Assembly: GCA_015680685.1 (NCBI GenBank)
Contig: MNCI01001219.1
Coordinates: 61,629-125,628 of the forward strand
DNA: 64,000 nucleotides
Direction of reading: 5' to 3'
Origin: Gnetum montanum
Lineage: Eukaryota > Plantae > Gnetophyta
Part shown: piece by piece, positions 41,091-53,700 of the stretch
How the letters are laid out: every line of letters starts with the position of its first letter
Position numbering within the stretch: the stretch's first letter is position 1
Notes under the pieces: generated by a model
Told to the model about the DNA's origin: nothing
The model's input: only the letters and a program-made list of their open reading frames with translations
The model's database searches: none
Translations under genes and position numbers: made by a program

Positions 41091-41248
41091 CATAGCTTGC
41101 TTAGTAAAGCCGCATCGGCACTTCTCTAGATATATATATCCGATGTAAAGGAATGTTAAATGAACGGCAACGAACACTCGCACAAGCACAAGCACAGCAG
41201 CAGAGCACAGAGCAACGCAGCCGTCGAAGAACAAAAAACAAAAGTAAG

Positions 41249-41393
41249 ATGATGACGAAGAGGATAAGCAGCAAGAGCATGGGAATGAGGCCCAGAATGC
41301 TTTCTGCAGGGATGGTGATTGCGTTCTTTAGCTGGGACTGGTGCATGGGATTGGCGCATTTCCATGCACAACCAGCGGCGGCAGCGACGTTCA
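41249..41393 (+). pseudogene. Truncated 5' duplicate of the polygalacturonase gene
   Basis: MMTKRISSKSMGMR..AHFHAQPAAAATF matches 44302-44446, then breaks into LTR/LINE sequence. Confidence 0.9.
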
Positions 41394-41409
41394 TCATCTC
41401 TAATACAAT

Positions 41410-44400
41410 TATTGTGTTGGCGCATTGTCTTATTTACATTTCATCTTCTTTAATACAATCAATTGGAAATTCTATCATATTAAAGTCTCTATCGAAAAAT
41501 ATTTAAAATTTCATGCTATAATTCAATTATAGCTACACAATTATTAGGAGCATAAATGCTACATACCTTGAAAAGAGTGCTAGGATCGCTAAAAATGGCC
41601 TTAATAGCTATGTTAGCATTATCACATCCTCATTGAACCATCTTACTAATCCAATGATAATGAATGATAATAGAATCACCAACTTTCTAAAAAACATGTT
41701 TTTTAGAAATACAGCTACTATTCAATAATATATCATTAGTAATATGAGTAACGGTAACATTGGAAATTCTGTTATCTTACAATAAAATTCAATCATTATT
41801 AAATGGTTTTCAGAAAAAATTTCTAACATAAACATGTTGAAGTATGTCAATCAAACTTTAGACATTTTAAGAAAAATAATCATGGTTAAGTGGGGGAGAA
41901 TGCCCCCATCCTATTTGATGTGTCGAGACCTATATTGTCTTTAATAATCATAATCTTAGACTTACCATCTCCTATCTCAACATTAACTACTTGTTGCATG
42001 TCCATGTGAACATGTCACACCTAAGGTATTTGTTTGATGGGATTTTTGCTTGATCCTACCACATCATTGGCTTTTTCTTTTTTTGTAATGGACTTTAAGG
42101 CTTGCTTACTCTACATAAGATTTTTTCAATTTTGTAATATTATTTTTACGTTAATATAATATGAGTTTGAGTTGAAAATAAAAACACTAACAACTAACAA
42201 TTTGTTATGAAAATCTATTTATGTACTCAAGACTCCACTTCAGTAAATATGATGGTAAGAATCTGATAGATTCACTTGTTTAGAAGTGTTGAGTGCAGAA
42301 AGAAAAAAATAGAACCTCGTGAGTTTGAAAATTGATCCCCTCATAGGTTTTAATGAAACATTGTTCAACCAACTTCCTCTACCTATTCTTATATCAAAGC
42401 ACTTCATTCAGGAGGAAGAGTAGCATTCTCCAATCCACAATGATCTATATTCCACACCATCTCCAACAACGAAAGTTGAAAAAAATTGGGTAGCATCCTC
42501 AGCAAAAAAGATGAATCTAAGTGCCTCGATTGCTCCCATCTTCTAAATGAGACAAAGTTGCAAATCATTCAATCAATAGCTTTCTGGGTAGCCTTAGGTG
42601 GGGATGTAATCCTAACAAAATAGTGGATCATGGCAACACAGATAGACTTAGCCAATAGTGCTTTGCCCTTGCGAGAGTGAGAAATATTTAACTAAATGGA
42701 ATTTTCTATGAATCTTCTTAGTCAAATGTTATTAGGTTTCACAGTTATCATAGTTGTGGTAGTTTTGCACAAGGATTCTAGCATAAACATCGGTCTCATT
42801 TCCTAATGTAACATAAAGTTGGGAAGAAATGGTGGCAACAATGTAGGCTAAGCTACTTGGAGAAAAGCTCCAAAGGTGATCACAATGTAACAATAGCAAA
42901 GGTCATGTTATCTTCCTATAGTGGGCAATGCATAAGTTAACAAACATAACTCCTAAGTCAGTGATACACTCCTAGATCAAAGAGGTCTTTATCATATCAA
43001 CAATGATGAAGAATAAATAAGTGAAATCCCTTTGTGGAATGGGAAGAACTTACAAGCTTCTTATTATTTGAGGGAGCAAACAATGAGCTGAGCTTTAAAA
43101 TTAGAAGTAAAGCCCTTGACACTTGGCAATAAGGATCCAAGACAAAGCTTCTTAATTTAGTAAGTCATATGCCTTAGCAACATTTAAACTTAACTAAAAA
43201 ATATCAAAATTAAACAAATAAAAATTGAAATTTTATTATGTCTATAGACCCTTTGAATCTATTATGTTATAATTGAAAAGAAAGATGATCTACCACCAAG
43301 AAAACCTACCTAGTTAAGAGCCACATTCATTCGATATAAAAAGATTTAACTTAATACACATAATAAGGAACTAGAATTGCTCACATAAACGAACTAGCTT
43401 ATAATTCAACTTTCTTCATACATATGTTAAGGCTTTGTAACTTTCCAACAAATCTTTTGTGATTCTTGGATATAATAAAAATTTCTAGTTTCTAGTTTCC
43501 ATAATTCAAAAAAATGTGATCTTGGATATATGTTTCAACAACAAAACCTACATGTTTAGGAACCACAATCATAAGAAGTAAAGGTGACAACAACAATAAT
43601 CTTAATCAACCATCTGTATAGAATATTGCAAATGCTAAAATATTGCAAGCCTATAAAGTAGAGGTAACAATGCCTAAGCTACTATATTTCTTTAGAACGA
43701 AGACAATTCTATGGTTATTTGATAACAATGCCATCACTATTTGATGTATAGTGAATATGCGAAATTACTTAAGCTGAGTAAGCGTTGTCCGTTAGTATCA
43801 AACACAGCAGAACCAAAGGTAACAATGCTTACCATGCAAGCTACATCGAGACGGTACGTCAGAGAGAGAGAGAAACCGCGTTTGGACCCTGCATCATTGT
43901 TTTTCTTTAGTGCAACGCAAGCCGGCCCAAACAACTCAAATTCAAGATAGGATAAGCGCCCGTGTGTTTTGCCGTTTTTGTTAACGCTCTGGCTAACCCT
44001 GAACCAACCTATATGAATTATGAAATTAGCCATGGCGTATGAATGCATCCACTGCATGGACACAGTACTACTGAATATTGGCATTCAATGACACAGTCCG
44101 CGCAGCTCCGTTGATCGACAATGGCCTTGGCGTTTCTGTTATACCGCTGCGCAGGCATAGCTTGCTTGGTAAAGCCGCATCGGCACGTCTCTCTCTATAA
44201 AGGAATGTTAAATGAACAGCAACGAACACTGAACACAAGCACAAGCATAACAGCAGAGCACAGAGCAACGCAACAGGAAAAGAACCAAAAACAAGAGTAA
44301 GATGACGACGAAGACGATAAGCAGCAAGAGCATGGGAATGAGGCGCAGCGTGGTTTCTGCAGGGATGGTGATTGCGTTCGTGTGCTGGGACTGGTGCACG

Positions 44401-44446
44401 GGATTGGCGCATTTCCATGCGCAAGCGGCGGCGGCAGCGACGTTCA
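41410..44446 (+). repeat. Copy 2 of tandem duplication (LTR tip + old LINE 5' part + PG promoter + PG 5' end); copy 1 is ~30977-41393 with later insertions
   Basis: Long collinear similarity, e.g. 31080~41499, 32200~42600, 39050~43085, 40210~43810. Confidence 0.9.
43770..44201 (+). promoter_or_regulatory. Polygalacturonase proximal promoter, TATAAA at 44196-44201
   Basis: Blocks ATGCTTAC.ATGCAAGCTAC, TACGTCA, CCCTGCAT, GGATAAGC and TCGGCAC are shared with the paralogous region 50445-50790 and mostly with 40070-41140. Confidence 0.65.
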
Positions 44447-45552
44447 ACGTGAGGAGCTACGGAGCCAAAGGTGACGGCACCAGCGACGACACGCGAGCCT
44501 TCACGGCAGCGTGGGCGGCTGCTTGCCAGTGCTCGCCGTTGGTGTCAGACCCTACGGAGATGCTCATTCCAAAGGGAAGGTACCTGGTGGGCCCCGTCAC
44601 GTTTTCGGGTCCCTGCCGGAGCCACGTACGGGTGCACCTGCTGGGTACCATAGTGGCCCCCACCGACGCAACGCTCTTCAATTGCGGGGACCACTGGCTG
44701 CAGTTTGCCAGCGTGGACGGCCTCACGGTGGAGGGCCCCGGTGCCGTGGACGGACGTGGCCGTTCGTGGTGGTCCCAGCGGCCGAAGGCATGCGCTCAAG
44801 GCCCAACCTCGTTGCGCTTCACGGCCACCAACAACACCCTGCTCCGTCGCGTGACGTCCATAAACAGCAAGCAGTTCCACGTCGATTTCAACGCCTGCCA
44901 CGGAGTGCGGGCCCACTACATTACCATAAGGGCTCCCGCCGACAGCCCAAACACCGACGGCATCCACGTCGGTGAATCCTCCGACGTCCGCATTTTCGAC
45001 GTCAACGTGGCAACCGGAGACGACTGCGTGTCGTTGGGTCCCGGCACACGCGATGTGAAGGTGAGGCGCGTGCGCTGCGGTCCCGGGCACGGCATCAGCA
45101 TCGGCAGTCTGGGCATGTTCTCGTCCTTCGATGTGGTCACCAATGTGACCGTGAGCGACGCCACTCTGCGCGGCACCACCAACGGCGTCCGCATCAAGAC
45201 GTGGCAGGGTGGACGCGGCATGGCCCGCGACATCGTGTTCCAGAACCTTCGCATGGAAACGGTGAGCAACCCCATCGTTATTGACCAGCACTACTGTCCC
45301 ACCGGAAATGACTGCACCGCCGGCAACTACGCCGGCGTCCGCGTCACCAATGTGGTCTACAAAAACATCACGGGTGTCTCAGCAACCTCTGCGGCGGTGG
45401 CGTTTTCGTGCAGCAGCTCGTCTCCCTGCACCGGCATCCGTCTTGAAGATGTGGACCTGTCGTCTGCCACCCCCAACGTTACCGCTTCGTCTCTCTGCAA
45501 CTTTGTCACGGGCTCTGCTGTCGGCGTCGTCAATCCCAGACCGTGTTTCTGA
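44302..45552 (+). CDS. Polygalacturonase (glycoside hydrolase family 28), intronless, probably secreted
   Basis: 416-aa ORF with FNVRSYGAKGDG and the four PG motifs SPNTDG, GDDC, CGPGHGISIGSLG and RIKT; hydrophobic N-terminus (true start could be a downstream Met, e.g. 44332). Confidence 0.96.
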   Translation: MTTKTISSKSMGMRRSVVSAGMVIAFVCWDWCTGLAHFHAQAAAAATFNVRSYGAKGDGTSDDTRAFTAAWAAACQCSPLVSDPTEMLIPKGRYLVGPVTFSGPCRSHVRVHLLGTIVAPTDATLFNCGDHWLQFASVDGLTVEGPGAVDGRGRSWWSQRPKACAQGPTSLRFTATNNTLLRRVTSINSKQFHVDFNACHGVRAHYITIRAPADSPNTDGIHVGESSDVRIFDVNVATGDDCVSLGPGTRDVKVRRVRCGPGHGISIGSLGMFSSFDVVTNVTVSDATLRGTTNGVRIKTWQGGRGMARDIVFQNLRMETVSNPIVIDQHYCPTGNDCTAGNYAGVRVTNVVYKNITGVSATSAAVAFSCSSSSPCTGIRLEDVDLSSATPNVTASSLCNFVTGSAVGVVNPRPCF

Positions 45553-47593
45553 TTCTCACTGATTCTTTCCGTGAATTGCTTGTATTATTAAGCTTATTCC
45601 TTCGTTGCCATATTCATTGCTCACCTGGAAACGATTACTTTTTTATACGTTCTGACTTAAAAGTTAAAAAATAACCTTGGGTGCTTTTTGGTCTGTGAGC
45701 CTTGGTCCTACCTAAGTGGTCCGTACCTAAGCCTTTCATGGTTATTTTGCCATTGCCCATTACTAAGTAACTGTGATCATTCTGTATCCACATACCGATG
45801 GGGGCTTTTGTTCAACTGTTCAACATTTCAAATTTAAATTTAATATGGCCAGTAGCAGGCGCTTCCTTACTGGGGAGTAGATGCAAATATCATATTAAAC
45901 AAGCATTTAATCTTTGGCAATTTCAAATTTAGTATAGAAAACTCCATTATGTTTCAGAAATGTGTCTAGAACCATCAAAATTTCAAAATTTTGAAAGCCT
46001 GGAGAGAAATTAGTAGTTTACGGTGTATGTATTAATGCATCGGGGTTTTGAAAACAAATTTATATCACTGTGACAGTGAAAACACATCATACACAAAAAT
46101 ACAAAATTGCAAGAAACTACGTGAAAGAGGTTACCTTCATTCTATATTAAACTTTGTAATCAAAATTTGTAATTACATTTTTTCAAAATCGCTTATATCA
46201 TTAATCTCTTTCTCTTCATCAACTCTAAAAGTAACATCATGCACAAGTTAGGATTCTTAGTTTTTTCAAAGAAATTTTAATTGTTTATTAGAAAATTCAA
46301 ACTATAATCAATTCATGCAAAAGAAACAATTCCATGTCTAAACTAGCCTAATTCAGGGTTAGTATCATAATTTAGTTAAATATCTATAACATGACCTTTT
46401 TCATTGCTTGTTAGTCCTTAGTTTTTCAAGGGTCAACTTAGAGTTGGCTACATCTTCCTTTCACACATGATTTTTTATAACCACAATAAATTAATTAATT
46501 TTTTCAGTTTTGACAACCCCTATCCAAAAGGGAAAAAAAGCAAAATAAAATAAAACAAAAGAAAAAAAAAGATACCCAAAACCACAATTAATTAGCATTT
46601 AGCTTGGATATTTATTTATTGAAATTAAAGTTTTATTACATCTCAAGACGCATAAGATCTATTAGACAAATATTACATTTTCATAAAAAGTAAAGATGGA
46701 CTTTACAAATTGACCAAACACCATTTGGAACAACAACAAAAAATCATGCAATTTTTTTGTTGTAACATTATAACACTATCTCAAATAGGTAGTCATAGCA
46801 CAAGAAACACATGTAACATAAAATATGATGCTCAAATACATGATTAATAAATCATAATAATAACCCATTAATCACACCATTGTGTTAATTAAATAATCAT
46901 GTAATCACATAAGGAGATGACTCTTCACCAAGTAGGACTAGCCATACCCTTTATATGAAGGCACATATATCATAATCACAAGTGATGAAGCATCATACAT
47001 CATATGTTAAAGAGCTTAAAGTTGGTATAAGCACTTAACTAAGGATTAATGAAAATTGCATTAGTCAATTGTGATATCATATCGACTATATTGTATGTGC
47101 AATATTATAGGCTGGAATTCTATATCATAGACATGATGTTGTAACTACAATAAATAAAAGAACAAAAGAATTTATTGAATATTTAAGAAAAATAATACAA
47201 TAACAATTTTTGAATATTTTGATGGTAGAAAACTTGTACTATCATGGTTAGTTTAGTTTTCATAAAAGATTCTAAGCTATTGTTCAATCTAAAGCTTTTT
47301 TATTCTCTGTTCTTTTTAATAAAATCAACATGATATATCATTGTGAAATGTGCAAATGTAGCTTTTACTATGGTATGTGTACTCTCCCATGATAGCATGG
47401 AGCCATGATTAATAATTTTAAATCCCATGACAATTACGAATCCTATACGTTTAAACCCATGGAGATTATTTTGATCAAAAGTAGAGTAAGCTCAACAAAT
47501 TTTAAAAAAAGAATCTTAAAAAACCAAAAGCCCTACCAACTAGGTTGATTTTTCAAGTGGTTTAATTTAAAAAAAGGTGGGGAACGTAATGTG

Positions 47594-47779
47594 CCATCTC
47601 TACCCTTTATTCCAAAAGTGACATAAGGTCTAGTTTCCCATTAGATAAAATCCAACGTTGCTTAGGATTGAAGGTTATAGCATTCCATCTCTACCCTTTA
47701 TTCCAAAAGTGACATAAGGTCTAGTTTCCCATTAGATAAAATCCAACGTTGCTTAGGATTGAAGGTTATAGCATTCCAT
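47594..47779. repeat. Exact 91-bp tandem duplication
   Basis: Units start at 47594 and 47685. Confidence 0.9.
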
Positions 47780-48052
47780 TTTATTTGGTAATCCACTCAG
47801 ATTGTTATATTTCTTTTTTCCGTTATATTTACAAAGAGAATCTGCAAATGAGCTGGTACGTAGAAGTGCATGAAATTTACCGTGAACGTTAATTGGTACG
47901 TAGAAGTGCATGAAATTTACTGTCAGAGACTGCTAAACTCGTAATTCTAGATCTCTGACCGATCTCAATGAGCAAATCGGTTACACCGTGAAAACTTTCT
48001 TTATGTTTTATTGCCATAATAAGGAATTTGCAGAGCATCTTTATCCTGCCCT

Positions 48053-48592
48053 CTATGTTTCCGACGGAACAAGCAGCATGCATCTCTCCGTCTCCATTTC
48101 ATGCTTCAACGGATGAAACCGCCATTGTCTGGTGCAGCCACCCCTGCAAATTCGGAGCACAAACCTCAATGCTGCTGCTCCAGCAGTGTTCACTGACAGT
48201 TCTGCACAGAAGTTTCTGCAACAACAATAATGAAAAAATCCCTTCCTTAAAAGCAAAGTTTTGGGTGTTTCTGCAACAATAACAACAACAATCCTGTGCA
48301 CTGTGGTGTTGAGTGCCCACTGAGCATGGCGGCAGTTGAAGGTGGTAACAGCATCTGCTGTGGGGTGCCCATGGAGGCGTGGCCCATGTTCGTTGTGCGG
48401 ATGATGAATGTGATGGCCATGGTTGAGCGATATGGAGTGGCGCTGCGCATGCGCATTGGCAGCGATGGATGGATTCGTAATCAATGAGTAATTCCAGTGC
48501 GACGTGCAATCATTTTGAGAGCGAGAGCTCAAGAAGTGGCTCCTGGAGTTATGTTCCTCACCCAGGGCATCCACGTGGAGCCCCGCTGCCAT
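48053..48592 (-). CDS. Hypothetical His-rich 179-aa protein
   Basis: GC-richer, CpG-retaining island; aacATGG start context; TATAAAA on minus strand at 48797-48803; no recognisable domain. Confidence 0.25.
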   Translation of the reverse strand: MAAGLHVDALGEEHNSRSHFLSSRSQNDCTSHWNYSLITNPSIAANAHAQRHSISLNHGHHIHHPHNEHGPRLHGHPTADAVTTFNCRHAQWALNTTVHRIVVVIVAETPKTLLLRKGFFHYCCCRNFCAELSVNTAGAAALRFVLRICRGGCTRQWRFHPLKHEMETERCMLLVPSET

Positions 48593-50444
48593 GTTGGCAC
48601 CGTATCTGCCGGTTTTGCAGCTGCGTGTTTCTTGGTTTCGTTGGGTGCCGGTCGCTGCTGTTTTCTGTGTGGGTGGTGGCCACTGCCGTTTGCTGCACTT
48701 TGCATTGATGAAAACTGCCGTTTTCTACACACAGTGGTGGTAGCAACCGTTACCGGTTAACCCACGCAGCCTGACCCCCCGATGCGTTCCCTGCCGTTTT
48801 ATAACCGCTCACCATGCAGCTGCACTTGTCCAGCTGGTGGCCCTAGGCGCTGGCTTTACTCTCCCTGTTTCTGCTGTCCGCACTGCATGGGTGGTTGTCA
48901 TGGACGTTATGCATGGATGGTGGGAGATCTGGCCGTTGGTGAAGAGACAGAGGTTAAGAGGCCAGACAAGCCCTTATAAATCCTTGGGGTTAGGGACAAA
49001 GTGAGGGGAGATTTCCAAGGCTAGGCTATAGTGGAGTGGATTTGCCCAAGGTATGGTGGAAATCTCATGGTTCTCTCTTACTTTAATTATCTGTTCGGTG
49101 GTGGCTTTCCAAGAGGCAGTTTAAGGTAGTGCAGTAGGAAGATTCAACAGGCAAAGGTTGCAGGCTTGTTAGAAGAGGTGTGCTTTTTGCAATCATGGTA
49201 AACAAGGCTGCACCAAAAGTTGTTCCATTTGTGCTCATTTTTGAACAAAGCCATTGTTTCATTTTGTTATTTTAAATTTGTGCAACTTATCTGTGGTCTC
49301 TGTGGAGTAGATTAAACACAGGGCCTTGTTTTCTTCAGTAATCTTGTTCAAGTTAACTATTTCATGCTTTTATTTTTAATACTCAAGTGTCCTTGCTCAG
49401 ATTTTAAAGGGCATAGCTAATTCCATGCTGAATTGTTTTGGTTTTCTATTTTTGATTCCTATTAAAATCATTTAATTTACTACCATATTATTCTTAAAAT
49501 TTCAAAACGAATAGTTACTTCTGTCAAAGCCGTCATGAATTTCCTTTATATTTTTCCCTTAAAGTTATTTAACCATTAAATGTCACTTCTAGTTGAGACT
49601 ATTCCCAGGTTTCATACCCATATGAGAGAGGCACCCTAGGCAATAGTTTTTTTAATCAAGTTTTATGGGTGTTGATGTGTCCAAATTTACACATCCAGTT
49701 TTATGGGTGTTGATGTGTCCAAGTTCATGAATTAGAAGAATCAGAAAAATTGGTGACTTGTATAATTTGAAATAACTTGACCATAATTTCTAGAGTAAAG
49801 ATATATTATAAACCATTTAACATATTCTTCTTTGAGAATGTATCTTTTGGCATATAATGAATGTTTTCAAGATACTTTAAGATAAGTTCTAACCCTAATG
49901 TAAAGGTAGAGCTTCAATCAACAATACTATTACATATAGGAAATAAAGGTGTTATAAAACTTCAAAATAAAGAAGCTAAGCACAATATCCAAAATTATTA
50001 ATAGATTTATATGTTTTATTAATTGATTCTCCTATTTTAAAATTTATTATATTTTTTAATAAAATACTCAAACCAAATTAACAACTCCTCTAGGAATTAA
50101 AGATGAATCAGCGAGTAATTTCCATAACAGTGATTTACCGCCTTGTTATAAATCATTGATCCGTGCACAGAATGTCGTCGTGAATGGGCGCTCGCATGAT
50201 TAAGTTTTAAAAGAGATGCTGAACCCCTCATTTGCACTTTTTGCAGGTCTACGGTTGACGTGCAACCAAGAAAATGAAGGTGAAGGTAATTGAGCCAGTT
50301 GAATATGAAAGTAAGCGAACCCGGCTGGCGGCTACAAGAAGTACACAATCACTGTATAAAGCTCCGCCTGCGGCATACTGGTTAGACCCTGGCCTGGGTG
50401 TTTGATAGAACCAAATTCATTGCACGCACGCAGCAAAGTCGCCA

Positions 50445-50790
50445 ATGACCATGCTTACTATGCAAGCTACGCGCTACGTCAAAGACTGCAAATGGAGACA
50501 AAGAACGCCAAAGCCCTGCATTGTAATCATTGGTTTATCCAGTTATCTTGAGCGCGAAGCCAGCCAACCCCAACAACCCTAATCCAGGATAAGCTGGGGG
50601 CACCCATGCCGCCGTAGGACCTCTATCAATAGAAAATGCTTTTGAAATTTGAATCTATGCGTTGCATGAGTATGTCATTTAAGAATGTGATCCCTATCCA
50701 TTCTGCCGTTGGCAGTTCTGCCTTAGTGCCCTGGAGGCATATGTTGCTTGCGTAGGCCTCGTCGGCACCTCCATAGTCTATATATTATAC
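50445..50790 (+). promoter_or_regulatory. Third, diverged paralogue of the PG promoter, ending at a TATA box
   Basis: Same motif blocks in the same order as 43825-44201; TATATATTAT at 50779-50788. Confidence 0.7.
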
Positions 50791-50795
50791 CAACA

Positions 50796-53700
50796 TGTAA
50801 GGGTGGATGAAGGCAAATCTACTTTGATTTTCTCTAGATATTTCTTCTTTGCCTTGTTATATTTTTATTCATGTCAATGTTATGTTTGATTTCGTACCTA
50901 TACCAAAATAAACTACCTTATTTCTTTGGGTTTATCTTGTAACCCAAGCAATATATAAGGAGATCAAAGGGAACATCCAACAGGCCACATTCTTTTGAAG
51001 CATAAACTTGAGAGTCATCTCCCCACCTTTGTAAAATCTCCTTGAGCTTTAATCCTTTGAAGCTATGCTATTGCTAATGGTCCAAGAACCAATTTTTTTC
51101 TAGGATTTTTCACCATGAAGAGTGATTGGGAGCAACAATTAGTATTGAAGCCAGGTTCCATGCACCACTATTATTTTGTCAATTAATTGCAGGGGGAAAA
51201 TCATGACCAACTCTCTGTTCGAAATTGAAATTGAAAAGTTCAATGGGTCCAACTATGAATTATGGAAGATCAAGATGGAGGCTCTTCTTGTTAAAAAGGA
51301 CTAGCATAGTGTAATTTTGGGAGTTAAGCCTAATAAAATGTTCGATGAAGAGTAGGAAAAGTTGAACATGAAGGCAGATAAGTACAATTGATTTATGTCT
51401 TTTAGATTCAGTATTACTTAATGTTTCTATTGTTTCTTTCGCTAAAGATTTATGGGATAAACTACAAACTTTGTATCAAACAAAGTCCTTAACCAATAAG
51501 TTGTTGAAAAAAATGATTGTATGATTGTAAAATGGTTGAAGGTACTACCATTACAAAACACCTGAATATCTTTAATACACTCGTCCATCAATTATAATCT
51601 ATGGGGATAAAAATGGATGAGGAAGATTAGTGCATCACACTTCTTAGGACACTTCTAGATTCATGGAAGACATTTGTGATGGCTATAAGTAATACATCTA
51701 CCAACTTTATTTTTGATAATTTTGTTGGTGAATTATTGTCTAAGGAAGCAAGAAGGAAAACTTCTACTCTTCAAAATGATGTAAAGCCAAGTTTCTTAAG
51801 AGGCTTCAATTTAAGAATAAGTCTTAAAAATTTGTAAAGAGGCCACCTAAATGTTGGAATTGTGGTAAAGTTGGTCATATAAAGAAAGATTGTAAAGCCC
51901 CTCCAAAATAAGGCAAAGAGAGTATTATATCAAAAAGTGATCAAGCGCCTTTGGTTCAAGAGGAAGATTTGTATGTTGTGTCATCTTCTAATAATGCTGA
52001 TACATATTCATGGTATGTGGACTCGGGTACATGTCATCACTACACTTCACATGTTGATTGGTTTAGTGAGTATACATCATCTGATCTTGGAATGGTAAGA
52101 TTGGGTAATGATAATTTATGCAAAGTTATTGGTTATGGAAAAGTAAAGATTTAGTTTAAAAATGTAGCAATTAAATTGATTCCCAATGTATGTCATGTTC
52201 CAACACTTACTAGAAATCTATTGTTTGTAAGTGAATTGGATGATGGATGACTAATTGTTATCTTTGAAAGTGGAAAATGTTCAGTACTGCATGGTTCATC
52301 TATTTCTGCTTCTGAAATTAAAACAAGCAAGTTGTATAAATTAGAACCTAAGACATTAAAGTACAAATTAAGTGCATTAATAATTATTGATTTAAATTCA
52401 AGTATTAATTTGTGGCATAAAAGAATGGGACATCTTGGTGAAAAAGGACTTAAGGAAGTTTACAAGCAAGGTAAACTTAAGCTTTCAAAAGATTCCTTGG
52501 ATTTTTGTCATCATTATTAATGGGACGCGATATTGCATCTGCCGCGATATCGCAATGTGCCGCCAAATCTATAAATAAGAGGCAGCTCTCCCTTGTTTCT
52601 CAGTTTAGGCCTAGATCATAGCGAAACTTTGGCAGTTTTATCTCTCCAGAGATAGAATAATTTCCATGTGCCTGCAGTAGGAGCTCCAAAGTGAACGGAT
52701 CTTTATTCGAGCAAATATTGTACCTGAACACAAGTTTGTGTACGGAAATAAAGATGAACTTCTTGGATAAAGATTGCAGTGCATGGACTAAGCTAGATAG
52801 GACTTTATTTATTGTTAATATTTAAATTCTTTATTAGTTAATTAAATCTCTCTCTCAACCCTTCTCCCATAGTTAAGTGCATTTAGTACTACCGCTTCGA
52901 GCACGTGCGTTACACTTGGTGATCCCTGTAACGAATAGCGTTTGGTAACCAAGGTTGCATTGGTTCAAGGTGTGAACGGTAAGTGGGAATGGATACTAAT
53001 ACTAGGTTAATTAAGGCTTAGCTTGTGAGTTAAAGTTAGTTAATTAGTCTCTTCACCCTTCACCTCATTAGCATAGGAGATAAAACAGAAAAGACATAAA
53101 AATCATATACCTCAGACTTACTTAACCATACAATCGTGACAAATACAAGTAAGTTTGGGAAGACAACAAACGATTAACCTTAAGTGTTCCATGAGGTGTG
53201 TAGGCACTTAGTTTGTGGAGTTCGATCGGATCGCGCGTGTAATGCTCATATTCGTATGGTTGGGTGTAGGGTTACCTTGCCACTCATCATTGGCACCATT
53301 ACCGAGGACTAAGTTGTTTGTGCGCTAAGTAGAACATAGGAAATTATCCACATCGTTGGGAGCTTAAACGAACCTTTAGGGTTAATTAAATGAAAAATTA
53401 TATAATGGTTAATCAGCACATCGAATAAGACACAATGTCTTCTTCTTCAAACAAGAGCGCTTCACCGCCTAGGGATCACACTAGAGATAGTCGGCGGCAC
53501 CAAACACATAACCAAAAATCATCAGTTCCTCAACAGTATCAGGTAGTATATACTCATCACGATGAGTATCTACCCTATTTCACTTTTATCCTCCATCAGG
53601 ATGAACAACTGCATTGGCGAGATTTGCAAGGTAACATAGTGTTACCCTTGGATCGTGCAGTCCCTAACATGCTCCTTCGTGCTCTTGCATAGATAGGCAT

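Noticed and set aside
44457-45562. Overlapping alternative-frame and antisense ORFs (e.g. 248 aa at 44545-45291)
   Set aside because: Shadow ORFs of a GC-rich coding sequence
46042-46522. Possible hAT/MITE with imperfect TIRs (tcggggttttgaaaac / gttttgacaaccccta)
   Set aside because: TIRs are imperfect and there is no matching TSD
46758-47149. Possible solo LTR (TG..CA, internal TATA)
   Set aside because: No TSD and no second copy in the window
48053-48080. CLE-like ending (LLVPSET) of the 179-aa ORF
   Set aside because: Lacks the GP.P.HN half of the CLE motif and a signal peptide
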